From a virus: a DNA stretch of 64,000 nucleotides. The notes under the pieces are model-generated. The model saw only the letters and a program-made list of their open reading frames with translations, did not search any database and was not told the origin of the DNA. Position 1 is the stretch's first letter; each line of letters starts with the position of its first letter. Where the stretch lies: the IMG/VR virus record IMGVR_UViG_3300020056_002227, positions 96,001 to 160,000 of that record. One strand, given 5' to 3'. This document shows positions 17,501-28,200 of this stretch, one piece after another. The position numbers and the translations under genes were made by a program.

Positions 17501-20027
17501 ATTATTGAAGTTCAACAATGCTTCTCTATCTTCAGCCACTGAAATGAGAATCAGTGATACTACTCAGAATGGTGCAAACCTTGATACACTTCTGAATAAT
17601 TATATTCTGAACAACCCAGGGCCCATCAAAGGCTTTTATAAGATCATTTCAATTAATGATCCTACGAAATATGTTGTTTATTCTATTACTGGTGGATCAA
17701 GCACTCTCACACAATTTGTAATAAACAGTACATATGTTACAGCCTCTACCGGTGCTGATGCTACATATTTTGGAAACAACCCAGCGCTATTCATTACCTT
17801 CAGTAGAAATGGAGATGACGGGCCACAAGGTGTTCAAGGTTATCAAGGTACTCAGGGCATTCAAGGTATTCAAGGTATTCCCGGCCAAGGCACACAAGGT
17901 TTCCAAGGTACTCAGGGTATTCAAGGTGGCCAAGGTGATCAGGGTGAAGCTGGTGCCTTCGGCGGTGTAACATTTGACTATACATTCAGAACTGATACGA
18001 ATCTAACTTCGGTCGCCCCCGGCGAAATAGAGCTCAACAATGCAGCTGCAAATATTGCCACACAGATGGCAATTCACCACAGGGACGATAACTTTATTGA
18101 TATCAGTCAATATTTAGCTACGATTGATGATTCTACAAGCCCCATTAAAGGACACTTTAGAATCTCAGAAGTAGGCACACCATCTAATTTCGTTCTCTTC
18201 ACAATAAGTTCGATGACCGTTGGTGGTAGCTTCAATACCATAACCTGTTCATATGTTGACGGGTCTCTTGGTTCCGGCACATTTACAGACCAGGCAGATG
18301 TTGTAATTACATTTGCTCGAACAGGTGATCAAGGGCCTCCTGGTGCTCAAGGAGCTCAAGGACCTCAGGGTACCCAAGGTTTCCAAGGTAACCAAGGTAT
18401 TGCTGGAGACGGTAATCAAGGTACTCAGGGACCTCAAGGTTTCCAAGGTACCCAAGGCTTTACTGGTGGCCCAGGTGACGAAGGGCCACAAGGACCACAA
18501 GGCCCTCAAGGATTCCAAGGTATTCAAGGTTTTGAAGGTAGCCAAGGGCCTTCGGGTGCTGGTTCTCAAGGCCCACAGGGAATGCAAGGAATGCAGGGTG
18601 TTCAAGGCTTTGTAGGATCTGGTGGTGATGGTAACCAAGGACCTCAAGGTTTCCAAGGAATGCAGGGAACACAAGGGGTTCAAGGTTTCCAAGGTATTTC
18701 TGGTGGTGATGGACAACCAGGTGGCCCAGGTTCTCAAGGGCCTCAGGGCACCCAAGGTATCCAAGGTACTCAAGGTATCAGTGGTGATGGAGGCGATGGA
18801 TCACAGGGTGCTCAGGGACCACAAGGTTTCCAAGGTATTCAAGGTATTCAAGGTATTACTGCGTCAGGTGGTGTAGGGCCGCAGGGACCACAAGGTACTC
18901 AAGGTGTTCAAGGTATACAAGGATTTGGCCAAGAAGGTGGTCAGGGTACTCAGGGTTTACAAGGACTACAAGGTATACAGGGGCCCCTTGGTACTGCAAG
19001 TACCGGCGCACAAGGTATGCAGGGTACTCAGGGCTGGGAGGGCCCTCAGGGTTCTATAGGGATCGGTGATCCCGGTACACAAGGCCCTCAGGGTATTCAA
19101 GGTATCCAAGGTTCACAAGGTACTACAGGCTCCGGTGCAGATGGTTCTCAAGGCTTCCAAGGGACACAAGGTACCCAAGGCTTTACGGGTGCTCAAGGTA
19201 ATCAAGGTTTTACCGGAGCAGGAGATGTTGGAGCTCAAGGTGCTCAAGGCCCTCAAGGTACTATTGGTCTCACTGGCTCACAGGGTGCTCAAGGATTTGA
19301 AGGCGCAGGTGATGAAGGCGCTCAGGGACCACAAGGTACTCAGGGCATACAAGGTGACTTTGGACCACAAGGTACTACTGGTGCGGGTGCTCAGGGTGCT
19401 ATTGGTTTCCAAGGATTCACTGGTTTCCAAGGTACTCAGGGCTTTACAGGTAGTGCAGGTGCTTCAACATCTATTGATGTACAAGATGTTCATACCTCTG
19501 GTCTTCAAAGTACCGACCTACTCGTAACCTTTGTTCAAGGCGGAACCGGTAATAGACCTTTGTATGCTACACTGACACCCAACCCAGCACCAAGTGCCGG
19601 TGCTCAGAATTTCCTATACAGAGCTGACCAAGATAAACTATCAGTAGAGAATATCTTTGTTGGAGGCACAATTACTCAAGATACTGGTGCTTCATGGACT
19701 GCTTCAGATGGTACTTTAAATATAACCGGAAGTCTTGAAGCTTCAAATGATTTGATTACAGCTTCTGATGCAAGATATAAAGAAAATGTTATTGATATCG
19801 AAAATGCCCTAAGCAAGGTCTTGGCAATGAGAGGTGTCAATTATAACATGATAGGTGATGATACACAGAAAATTGGTTTGATCGCACAAGAAGTGCAAGA
19901 GGTCATACCAGAAGTTGTATCTAATAATAATGATAGACTTGGGGTTTCATACGGTAATATAGTCGCACTATTGATCGAAGCCATTAAGGAGCAACAGGCA
20001 CAGCTTGACGATTTGAGAGGTAAGTAA
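14574..20027 (+). CDS. collagen-like (Gly-X-Gln) fibre with six repeated globular domains and a C-terminal S74 chaperone
   Basis: Long GxQ triplet runs interrupted by six GG(V/L)TF(D/E)YxF...F.RTGD.G domains; the C-terminus has SDARYKENV...IGLIAQEV...YGNIVALLIEAIKE. Confidence 0.88.
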   Translation: MSTRFRSIGSKTITLGQGIPQQFPIQLDPAPFEGAIVYADNGTIKLSNGTAWVDVGAGPQGVQGFTGTQGVQGIQGEYGPGFTIIGSVPDVDAGGDPQATLNAAFPSPNIGEGVIDDTDDELWIWDGTNWINIGSFRGVQGLQGTQGVQGLQGTLGEKGIQGTRGYRGPQGTQGTQGFQGVQGFQGNQGIQGVQGPQASQGTQGIQGNQGLQGLQGVQGPQASQGTQGFQGNQGMQGFNGDDAGSVYEYRLLNSNIEADPGSGQMIWNLPSNPTDTFSTTTRIWIDDEAFYGVNMEGIYSAIAAADSVNKAYMKVTKRGQPDDYVVFTIQAISDSTGYWQLDVTFIAGNAIRENFVEETSPGVFTSYPLLVDFSISGDKGIQGDQGTQGFQGLQGPQGPQGMQGTQGVQGVQGPQGLTGNQGTVGAYGGVTFRYEYNALDVTNTDPTPGFLKGDNAILGNATELYIDVTDADGVTISAMLADFYASSNPNSKGYLKLADASNVYNYALFEVTGGNLVGTAGTGYHAVAVNSLVTGQTYSNGTDFRISFIRTGDQGIQGNQGTQGIQGFQGSQGTQGFQGSQGTQGIQGVQGPQGLQGTQGFQGTQGTQGIQGLQGVQGSVGDFGGLTFDYTFDSATTDADPGQGNLRFDNAAFDSATKMYIDDLDDAANDLSPLFTELDINASGVKGLFRIINAADVTEFATFNYTEITDSTGYHTFDVAHIAGVTSFTNGADIRITFVRTGDPGPQGAQGSQGPQGTQGFQGVQGLQGIQGTQGIQGTQGIQGMQGTVGDHGGLSWNYLFDSNTSSGSAPVANSWKIDNSNITLATKLVIDDIPDDAYSNELDDFFTYLGAIPGSPKGHILIESTADNDGPAGHHFVVYEFTAFNWDSASELYGIFDVNYIASGAVTSNNWNNVESDHGPDTLVHFIPAGPQGTQGPQGTQGFTGIQGGAGASGGVTFEYEFDTDTGTSLLGAPGLLKFNNASLSSATEMRISDTTQNGANLDTLLNNYILNNPGPIKGFYKIISINDPTKYVVYSITGGSSTLTQFVINSTYVTASTGADATYFGNNPALFITFSRNGDDGPQGVQGYQGTQGIQGIQGIPGQGTQGFQGTQGIQGGQGDQGEAGAFGGVTFDYTFRTDTNLTSVAPGEIELNNAAANIATQMAIHHRDDNFIDISQYLATIDDSTSPIKGHFRISEVGTPSNFVLFTISSMTVGGSFNTITCSYVDGSLGSGTFTDQADVVITFARTGDQGPPGAQGAQGPQGTQGFQGNQGIAGDGNQGTQGPQGFQGTQGFTGGPGDEGPQGPQGPQGFQGIQGFEGSQGPSGAGSQGPQGMQGMQGVQGFVGSGGDGNQGPQGFQGMQGTQGVQGFQGISGGDGQPGGPGSQGPQGTQGIQGTQGISGDGGDGSQGAQGPQGFQGIQGIQGITASGGVGPQGPQGTQGVQGIQGFGQEGGQGTQGLQGLQGIQGPLGTASTGAQGMQGTQGWEGPQGSIGIGDPGTQGPQGIQGIQGSQGTTGSGADGSQGFQGTQGTQGFTGAQGNQGFTGAGDVGAQGAQGPQGTIGLTGSQGAQGFEGAGDEGAQGPQGTQGIQGDFGPQGTTGAGAQGAIGFQGFTGFQGTQGFTGSAGASTSIDVQDVHTSGLQSTDLLVTFVQGGTGNRPLYATLTPNPAPSAGAQNFLYRADQDKLSVENIFVGGTITQDTGASWTASDGTLNITGSLEASNDLITASDARYKENVIDIENALSKVLAMRGVNYNMIGDDTQKIGLIAQEVQEVIPEVVSNNNDRLGVSYGNIVALLIEAIKEQQAQLDDLRGK

Positions 20028-20030
20028 ATA

Positions 20031-20720
20031 ATGGCTCTACAGACTAGTGGCGCGATTAGTATCAATGATTTAAGAAATGAATTTGGTCTCGGCGGAACTC
20101 GAGGCCTTAATTCATTTTATGCTGATTCTTCAGACCCTTGGATCGGTACAATTCCCACCAGCGGCACCATTGCCATGAATGATTTCTATGGTTCTAGTGT
20201 TAGAACTGCACGGCTGGGAAGGCCGGGGTTTGGTGACGCAGCAACTTCTACTGGTTATCTTAATCGCAGAATAGGATGGTCGCGACAAGATGGAAGCCAA
20301 TTCTATCTTTATGAATATGGTAGTACGAATGCAGCATTCGGTAGTATTACGAGATCCACAAGCTTATCTACTACTGCACAGCTTGGTGGTATTTGGATAA
20401 CTCAATATTGGTACGGTTCCGGCCCGTCCCGGCCGATCTTTAGTATCTCCCATAGAAGTAGCTCGGACAGTGGATGGACTACCGTACGGTTAAAAGGACC
20501 TTCATTTCCTAGCGGTGGCCAGGTGCAATTCTCACTTAACAGAACATCGAGATATACTTTTGCCCGACACTCATACGGTACTACTGAACAAAGAAATTAT
20601 TATGCTTGGCGATATGTTTGGTGGCAGAGTAGCGGCATGAGCTCTTTACTCACTTCTATTGCTAATTTGTTTGTATATTGCAGAATATATAATAGATCCC
20701 TTTATGTAAAATTTGAATGA
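20031..20720 (+). CDS. putative fibre-tip adhesin/receptor-binding protein
   Basis: N-terminus MALQTSGAISINDLRNEFG...IPTSGTIAMNDFYG is typical of proteins encoded directly after S74 fibres; the C-terminal part is rich in Arg, Tyr and Trp. Confidence 0.6.
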   Translation: MALQTSGAISINDLRNEFGLGGTRGLNSFYADSSDPWIGTIPTSGTIAMNDFYGSSVRTARLGRPGFGDAATSTGYLNRRIGWSRQDGSQFYLYEYGSTNAAFGSITRSTSLSTTAQLGGIWITQYWYGSGPSRPIFSISHRSSSDSGWTTVRLKGPSFPSGGQVQFSLNRTSRYTFARHSYGTTEQRNYYAWRYVWWQSSGMSSLLTSIANLFVYCRIYNRSLYVKFE

Positions 20721-20728
20721 GGCTATAG

Positions 20729-21259
20729 ATGATTACTTACAAAATATTAAGAGTGAATACCGCAACTCAAACTGTTCAGATTCGTTATTCGAAAGATAAC
20801 TATGATGATTTCTATGCGCAATACACTTACGATATTCCTTTCACCGAAGAAAAATTGCACCAATTGGCAAAAACTCAAATAGAGGAAGCAGCACATCATT
20901 GGCAATTGGCTGATGATGCACAAGATTTTCAAATAGAACAGGATACAGGTGTAGTCAAGGATAGAATTTATGAAGCCACACCTGATTATGATCACCTAAC
21001 ACATACAATAGAACCTGTTATTACGGAAACGGAAACCACCGAAACATACGGCTACAGGGTAGTAGAGTTAAGCTCTGATCAAAAGGCATTTAATATTAGA
21101 AATCAGAGAGATGGTTTTCTTTTTGAAACTGATATCTATGCACTTTCTGATAGAACAATGTCAGATGAGATGATTGCTTATCGACAAGGATTAAGAGATA
21201 TGACAGATCAAGAAGGGTTTCCCGATAACGTTATTTGGCCGGTTCGTCCGATAGATTAA
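20729..21259 (+). CDS. tail fibre assembly chaperone-like protein
   Basis: C-terminal IRNQRDGFLFETD...YRQGLRDMTDQEGFPDNVIWP resembles the phage tail assembly chaperone signature (R..R..LL..D...YRQ.LRD.P....P..WP). Confidence 0.75.
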   Translation: MITYKILRVNTATQTVQIRYSKDNYDDFYAQYTYDIPFTEEKLHQLAKTQIEEAAHHWQLADDAQDFQIEQDTGVVKDRIYEATPDYDHLTHTIEPVITETETTETYGYRVVELSSDQKAFNIRNQRDGFLFETDIYALSDRTMSDEMIAYRQGLRDMTDQEGFPDNVIWPVRPID

Positions 21260-21260
21260 A

Positions 21261-22319
21261 ATGAGCTCCCTTAAGTTTTATGTCTTAACATGCAGGAATT
21301 TATTTGCCTTAAAAAGACATGAAAAAACTATTCCAAAAGAAGATTTGTGTATTATCATTAATACACAAAATTCTACCTACGAAGCTGAAGCAGTTTCTTA
21401 TTGCCAAACTGCTGGAATCGAATATCACGTAACTGCCAGTGACGGTACTGCTGCTACTGGTAAAAACTTTTTCTGCGACATATTCGAAGCCTCTACCAAT
21501 GATTATGCTGTTTTAATTGACGGTGATGATTTCATCACACCACATGGTGTATGGACATATAAGCAGGTTGCGGCAATGCCCACACCACCGGATGTTGTAG
21601 CACTTGAATATCAATATGCATTCTATAGGGCTTGGGGTTATACTCCAGTTATTCCAGCACAGGTAGAAGATTGGAGCATATATGACCCGGATCGTGTACC
21701 AGCATGGGGTACACGATGTTTCACTAAACCAAAAGTTTGGTGGGAAGAAGCACTGTCAGGAGATCTCATTAAAGTTGGAGAAAATGAACCAGACGATTTT
21801 GCTCAAACTCTTCATGACATTCATAAAGCATGGGCAATTCACTGTCACAAATATATCAATGAATGGGAAACACATTGTAGGCTGGTATTTTTCTCTAAGA
21901 AGGCTGTCGATGGCTTCAGATTCGATAATCAATACAGGGTGGGCGAAGATACATTAATGTATTTTGAATTAAAACATGCACACATGCAGGGTAATCTTGT
22001 AATGAAACACCTATTCGATAGATATCCTACTTATGTGTATGACACAAGAATAGGTGGTGTGGTAGAAGAAGCCAGAGATGAAGCCGGTACTGATCGTGGC
22101 TTTGTTCAATGGCTTACACTTCTAGTTCAAGGTTATGATGAATTGGAATTGGCTGGTAAAATGCACGAAGAAAAATTGCCAGAATTAAAGGTACACACTT
22201 ACACTGCACCAGAAGATACTTTTAATGCAGATGACTGGGATATAATTTGGCCAGAAGGTTACAGACCAGATGTAATGGGTCTCGTTAACTATCCAGGTAA
22301 AAGATTCATCAAACTATAA
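21261..22319 (+). CDS. putative GT-A fold glycosyltransferase
   Basis: N-terminal FYVLTCR strand, GKN segment, YAVLIDGDDF (DxD-like) and later GEDTL motif, as in GT2-like enzymes. Confidence 0.55.
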   Translation: MSSLKFYVLTCRNLFALKRHEKTIPKEDLCIIINTQNSTYEAEAVSYCQTAGIEYHVTASDGTAATGKNFFCDIFEASTNDYAVLIDGDDFITPHGVWTYKQVAAMPTPPDVVALEYQYAFYRAWGYTPVIPAQVEDWSIYDPDRVPAWGTRCFTKPKVWWEEALSGDLIKVGENEPDDFAQTLHDIHKAWAIHCHKYINEWETHCRLVFFSKKAVDGFRFDNQYRVGEDTLMYFELKHAHMQGNLVMKHLFDRYPTYVYDTRIGGVVEEARDEAGTDRGFVQWLTLLVQGYDELELAGKMHEEKLPELKVHTYTAPEDTFNADDWDIIWPEGYRPDVMGLVNYPGKRFIKL

Positions 22320-22354
22320 TCCTCCTAGTCTTTCAGTTCCTTTATTCTAGTAAT

Positions 22355-22362
22355 TATAAATA
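22355..22362 (+). promoter_or_regulatory. T4-type late promoter TATAAATA
   Basis: Exact consensus 18 nt upstream of ATG 22381, with an AGGA RBS in between. Confidence 0.75.
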
Positions 22363-22380
22363 CACTAAAAAGGAATTGTC

Positions 22381-22776
22381 ATGTCCTCAAGAGCAAATAT
22401 TTACATTGATCAAGCAGCAGACTTTCGTGTCAGCCTCGAGTTATTCGATGCAGATGACGACGAGCTGGTGATCGATAGCTATAATTTCTTTGCAAGTATG
22501 AGAAAAACCTACGGTACTACTAAAATATGTGATTTCGATGTTGAAAAGAATGGTAATGATATAACCTTGGTGCTTGCAGATGAACTTACAAAAACTCTCA
22601 AGCCCGGTAAATATCAGTATGATGTATTGATGGAAAAGCCAACCGGTGAGATCTCAAAGATTGCGGAAGGTCTTGCAATCGTGGTGGACACAATAACAGA
22701 CACAACAACATACACACCCAGTTCAACCAATACACCTCCTACTGGAGATGGTGTGGCTGATGGTGGATCATTCTAA
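22381..22776 (+). CDS. conserved T4-like virion adaptor protein (ANIYIDQxADF type)
   Basis: ANIYIDQAADF...LKPGKYQYDVL...IAEGLAIV pattern; the protein ends in DGGSF. Confidence 0.7.
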   Translation: MSSRANIYIDQAADFRVSLELFDADDDELVIDSYNFFASMRKTYGTTKICDFDVEKNGNDITLVLADELTKTLKPGKYQYDVLMEKPTGEISKIAEGLAIVVDTITDTTTYTPSSTNTPPTGDGVADGGSF

Positions 22777-22793
22777 TATAGAGGAATACGTAG

Positions 22794-25178
22794 ATGGCTT
22801 TCATAACGATTCTACACAAAAGAAGCAATGTAGAAGATAGACGCCCGACGACAGAGGATTTATTTGAGGGCGAACTTGCACTCAACACTTTTGACGGAAA
22901 ATTATTTTTTAAGACTGTTAAAAATGGGGTAGAGAATGTCATCGAAATTGGTGAGAATTTTGATGGTCAATATTCTAATCTTACAGGTGCACCTACATTA
23001 TTGAGTTCATTCACCAATGACCCTGGTTATATTACAGATTACACAGTCACACTTGCGGATGTAACACAACACGAATCCGGCATCACGATCACAGAATCAC
23101 AGATCAGTGATCTACAAAATTACCTCACGGCTGTTTCTTTTGGACAAGTTACTGACAAGCCTACTACATTGGCAGGATATGGAATTACAGATGCAGCCAC
23201 AGCTGCACAGGGTGCTCTAGCAGATACTGCACTTCAACCAGGTAGAAATATTAGCACATTGCAAAACAATGTAGGATATCTCACCTCGGTTTCGAATACA
23301 GACGTTACTCAACACCAGACAGATATTATCATCACGGAATCTCAAATTAGTGATTTACGACCATATCTCTTATCTGTATCGAGCAGTGACGTTACTCAAC
23401 ATCAAGCTGATCTTCAGCTAACACAGTCTCAGATTACTGATTTCTATGTATCAAATAACGATGTAACACAACATCAGTCGGAGATTCGAATTACTGAATC
23501 TCAAATTACAGACTTAAAGACATATGCCACTGCTGATAATGCAATGAATTTTACCAATAAGACTGGTAATATTACACAGTGGACCAATGATGCCAATTAT
23601 ATCACAAATGCTCAAGAAATCAATGATCTAACTGCAAATGTTACTTGGACCACGGTACCGGATCCTTACATATCTCAGTCTGCTGTCGTACAGCATGAAC
23701 GTCAATTAATTATCTTTGAGAATCAGATTGGTGATTTACAGGATTATCTGACAGCAGTTTCTAATACTGATGTAACTCAACATCAATCTGATATTCGATT
23801 AAATCAGTCTCAAATCGTTGATTTTGCTGTAACCAATACAGACGTTACTCAACACCAAACGGACATTAGAATCACTGAGTCTCAGATTACAGATTTACAA
23901 GCATATCTGACTTCTGAAACGACAACATCACTGGTTGCAAATACTGTAAGTCAAGAATTACTCTTCACAGATGAAACCGGTGCAGTCAATTCAGTTGATC
24001 TAAGTTGGGCTGTAGATGATACAAATCTTGCAAGATTGGTTTCGGGTACATTAGATGCCAATACAGGTATTGCTACATTTACAAGAGATGATGCCAGCAC
24101 ATTCACGGTTAATTTCAATCCGTTATTCGATGATACCAATTTGACCAGAATTAATGCTGCTTCTTTCGATACAGCAAATGGTGTATTGACTCTTACAAGA
24201 ACTGATGCCACAGAAGTTACCGTAGACCTCGATGGAAGATTTTTGACAGAGGTTACAAATACAGCAGTAACAGCTCATCAGTCTGATCTTCAAATTACCG
24301 AATCTCAGATTACAGACCTGCAAGCTTATATCACAGATTACACGGTCACGGTTGGTGATGTAACTCAACACCAAGGTGCTCTTCAGATTCTAGAGTCACA
24401 GGTCGTTGGTCTTGGGCCATATGCTCCATTATCTAATGGTGTGGTACCAGATGCTAATATTTCAAACACATCGATCATTCAGCACCAATCGGAACTGACA
24501 ATTACAGAAAGTCAGATTTCAGATTTGGGTTCTTATCTCACTGCTGAGGCAGATACGCTGGACGATGTAATTGGTAGGGGTGCAACCACAACCACTACGG
24601 CTGTGATCCCATTCCTTTATGCTAATCAAGCAGCATTCCCTGACGCATCTACATATCACGGTGCAATTGCTCACAGTCATGCCGATGGTGCAATGTATTT
24701 TGCTCATAGCGGCTCTTGGAATTTGTTGGCGAATGACACATCTAATCGTAGGGTTGATATCGGCCGAGACAGAGACGATAGTTTTGCAAGGTCATTGAAT
24801 GTAACCGGTCCTATTACATGGGCTGGAAGTCTTGATACCATGGTTGGTCGTGGTGTTACTGGTGCAACAACCTATACGGATAGATTCTCAATTAAGCATA
24901 GTATTACTGGTGCTACTGACGATATCCAAATTGAACTTGTCCCAGGCAATGGTGCTGGTGGTAGAGGCAGTGTGGGTGTTATTGGTGGTTTGAAGGTCAC
25001 AGACGAGATCGAAACTGCTTCAACCTTAAATCTAACTCCATTATCTGCTGCACCTTCAAGTCCGGTGGCAGGAATGTTTGCTGTTGCGGATTATACTAAC
25101 TGGGATCCGGCATCATCATCTACACCAAGGCCATATCCAGTATTTTATGATGGAGCGGTCTGGAATCCGCTGTATTAA
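22794..25178 (+). CDS. fibre protein with Mtd_N-like N-terminus and about 10 DVTQHQ..ITESQIxDL repeats
   Basis: N-terminal HKRS...PTTEDLFEGELALNTFDGKLFFK, a KPTTLAGYGITDA fibre motif and internal repeats. Confidence 0.75.
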   Translation: MAFITILHKRSNVEDRRPTTEDLFEGELALNTFDGKLFFKTVKNGVENVIEIGENFDGQYSNLTGAPTLLSSFTNDPGYITDYTVTLADVTQHESGITITESQISDLQNYLTAVSFGQVTDKPTTLAGYGITDAATAAQGALADTALQPGRNISTLQNNVGYLTSVSNTDVTQHQTDIIITESQISDLRPYLLSVSSSDVTQHQADLQLTQSQITDFYVSNNDVTQHQSEIRITESQITDLKTYATADNAMNFTNKTGNITQWTNDANYITNAQEINDLTANVTWTTVPDPYISQSAVVQHERQLIIFENQIGDLQDYLTAVSNTDVTQHQSDIRLNQSQIVDFAVTNTDVTQHQTDIRITESQITDLQAYLTSETTTSLVANTVSQELLFTDETGAVNSVDLSWAVDDTNLARLVSGTLDANTGIATFTRDDASTFTVNFNPLFDDTNLTRINAASFDTANGVLTLTRTDATEVTVDLDGRFLTEVTNTAVTAHQSDLQITESQITDLQAYITDYTVTVGDVTQHQGALQILESQVVGLGPYAPLSNGVVPDANISNTSIIQHQSELTITESQISDLGSYLTAEADTLDDVIGRGATTTTTAVIPFLYANQAAFPDASTYHGAIAHSHADGAMYFAHSGSWNLLANDTSNRRVDIGRDRDDSFARSLNVTGPITWAGSLDTMVGRGVTGATTYTDRFSIKHSITGATDDIQIELVPGNGAGGRGSVGVIGGLKVTDEIETASTLNLTPLSAAPSSPVAGMFAVADYTNWDPASSSTPRPYPVFYDGAVWNPLY

Positions 25179-25192
25179 GATCAGGCTAAAAC

Positions 25193-25200
25193 CATAAATA
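25193..25200 (+). promoter_or_regulatory. candidate late promoter CATAAATA
   Basis: One mismatch from TATAAATA, intergenic before 25252. Confidence 0.5.
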
Positions 25201-25251
25201 GCTCAGGTACTTCTATGACTAAAGCTATATAAGAATAACAGGACATAAGGG

Positions 25252-28200
25252 ATGAGCATCAAGATAAAGGTTGGCGGATCTAAATCGATTCGATCTGTAC
25301 CTAAACAAGATTCGACTCGTACAGTTGTTGCCGCAGGTGAGAAAAAGCCTGTAATTACCCCAGATTCTATCGCCCTTGGTGTAGATACTGTTGGTGCTTA
25401 TGTTCGTAGCATCCAAGAAGGTATTGGGCTTGATGTAACTCTTAATAATAGAGAAGATGCAGAAGTAACGATTTCACACGAAATCACAACTGCCGAAGTT
25501 AGTTCCAATAATTCGATTTTAGGGTTCACACGAAATGTAGATATTGATCAGTTTGGTCATGTCACTGCGTTCTACAATTCTTCACTCAATCCTGATAATT
25601 TTACCTCTGATGGTACCATCATTACTGCCAAAGATATCGTCTTTGGTAATACTGCCATCACAATCGGTGAATCTACTGATACAATAGAAGGTCTATCGTC
25701 ATTTAATGTGGGTAATCTTACACTCACTGGTAGTACGATTTCATCTCCAGCGACAATCAATTTCAATTCAAATACATCGCTGATTAATGTCGGTGGAGCA
25801 ACCATCACTGGTCTCGGTACACCTACAGGGCCGTCTGATGCAGTAACAGTAGACTACTTAAGCAATTCTCTTACGACTGTACCAGATCCAGTAGACCCCA
25901 CCGACGCTGCAAATAAGAGATACGTAGATCTTCAAAGAGATAATATTCTTTCTAGGATGACTGCTCTTGCAGCAACCACTGCTGATCTGGGTTCGAACTA
26001 CACGTTCTCGGGTAATACAATTACTAGAATACCCGGGCCGAGTTTTCAGATTGATGCTGTAACCGTATGGGAAGTTGGTGACGGTCTCTTAGTAAAAGAT
26101 CAGAATGACCCTACACAAAATGGTCACTACCAGTTAACACAGAAAGGTGATGCTACAACACCTTGGATCTTAGAGAGATCGACACTCACAAATGAATCTG
26201 GTGAGATTGCTGGCAATGCAGTATTTGTAACCGATGGTTTTGCTAATAAGCATACAGGGTGGGTTGCAACTGTAGAGGATGATGAGAGGTTTATTCTAGG
26301 TACGGATGATATCACCTATGTTCAATTCCAAGGTGAGGGTCTTTATACAGCTGGTCGAGGGCTTACACTACTCAATAATACAGAATTTGAGGTCGACCAT
26401 ACCCAAACCTTCTCTACTATTAATGGTCTTGGTGATAATCTGATTATATCATCTACTTTGGTAGATGTCAATAGTAATGGCGGATTAATTTTACCAGTTG
26501 GTACAACACTTCAGAGACCAACACCACAGCAAGGAATGATTCGGTATAATACTACCGATTCCAGATTTGAAGCATATAATGGTGTTACATGGTCTGGGTT
26601 AGGTGGTGTAGTTGATGCTGACCAAGACACATACATTCGAGCAGAAACTTCTGCTGGTGCTGATGGTGATGACCTTGAGTTCTTTACTGCAAATGTTCGT
26701 AGATTAACCATTGATGATCAAGGTGATTTAAAATACGGTGTTGCCAGTAACCGATTTACAGTAGATTTTAATACTGGTGATGCAATATTCAAAGGTGCTG
26801 TAGATTTTCAGGCCAGATCAGCAATAACAATTCCTCGTGGATTCACGATAGAAAGACCAAGCACTCCTGTTGCTGGTATGATTCGCTTCAATGATACTAC
26901 GGATTCTTTCGAGGGATACAATGGAAATAACTGGGGTACCCTAGGTGGTCTGGTAGATTCTGACCAAGACACCTATATTCGGGTAGAAGCTTCACCCGGC
27001 ACAGATAATGATGATATCGAATTCTATACTCGAGGCACAAGAAGGTTAACAATTGACCAAGACGGCAATATCAATATTGGTGCCGCAAGCAACAAAATAA
27101 CAATTGATTATCTGACGGGTGATACCGTATTTGCCGGCAGTGTTGACTTTAATTCTGTAGGTGCAATTACGGTTCCAAATGGTGCAACCGTTCAAAGACC
27201 ATTAACACCCGACGAAGGGATGCTTCGTTTCAATAGCACAGATGGCAGATTTGAAGGCTATGACGGCACAAACTGGGCTGGACTTGGTGGTGTTTCAGAC
27301 CTAGATAATGATACCTATATCAAGGCAGAAACAAATCCTGGTGATGACAATGATCGACTTGATTTCTATACTGCTGGTGTTGAAAGAATCCGTCTTAACA
27401 GTCTCGGTAATTTCAGATTCGGTCAAAATTTTGACAAGTTCACAGTTGACTATGCTACTGGCCACGGTTCATTTGCAGGTACTCTGGATGTAGGAAATCA
27501 ATTAACTGCCGCAAGTGCTGCAGTACAAGATCTCACGATTGCTAGAGTTGTCCACGTTGGTAATAACGGTGAATTGATCGACGATGATGGATTTACATTC
27601 TTCAATGATGAACTGACAGTACCAGATCTTCATGCGACTGGTGATTTAACCGTTGATGGTGATACGTCATTTGGTCAATTATCAGTTGGTGATCTCACAC
27701 CAAATCGTGTTATATTTGCAGGACCAGATGGTAGATTAACAACCGACACAACACTTAGATTCAGCACCACCGGGCCTCGTATGGTGGTCAAGGGCTTCCT
27801 TGACGTAGAAAAAGATCTTACTATCGGTGGTAATTTAATTATTGGTGATGCTGCTACTGATACAGTTACAGTCGTTTCAGATTTTGATAGTAACTTGGTG
27901 CCAGATGAATTTGGTAATTACACACTCGGTACAATCGGTAAGAACTGGCATAGAGTCTTCACTCCCACAATTTTAAGTGATACTGAAATAGTCACGATTG
28001 ATGGTGCTGGTGCTCTTAAACTGCCTGTAGGTACACGTGCTGAAGGACCTGATGCCTCTACCCGTCAAGCAGGTATGATTCGATTTAATTCACAGGATAA
28101 TCGATTCGAAGGTTATGATGGGACACGATGGTCTGGTCTTGCAGGTTCGGTTGTAGATATTGACCAAGATACAAAGATTCTTGCTGAATCTACCTCTGAT

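Noticed and set aside
14740-19450. 9-nt periodic CAAGG repeats as a CRISPR array or DNA satellite
   Set aside because: They are degenerate at synonymous positions and have no spacers; Gly-X-Gln coding explains them fully.
20659-20693. sigma70 promoter before the chaperone gene 20729 (TATAAT at 20688)
   Set aside because: There is no acceptable -35 hexamer at 16-18 nt spacing.
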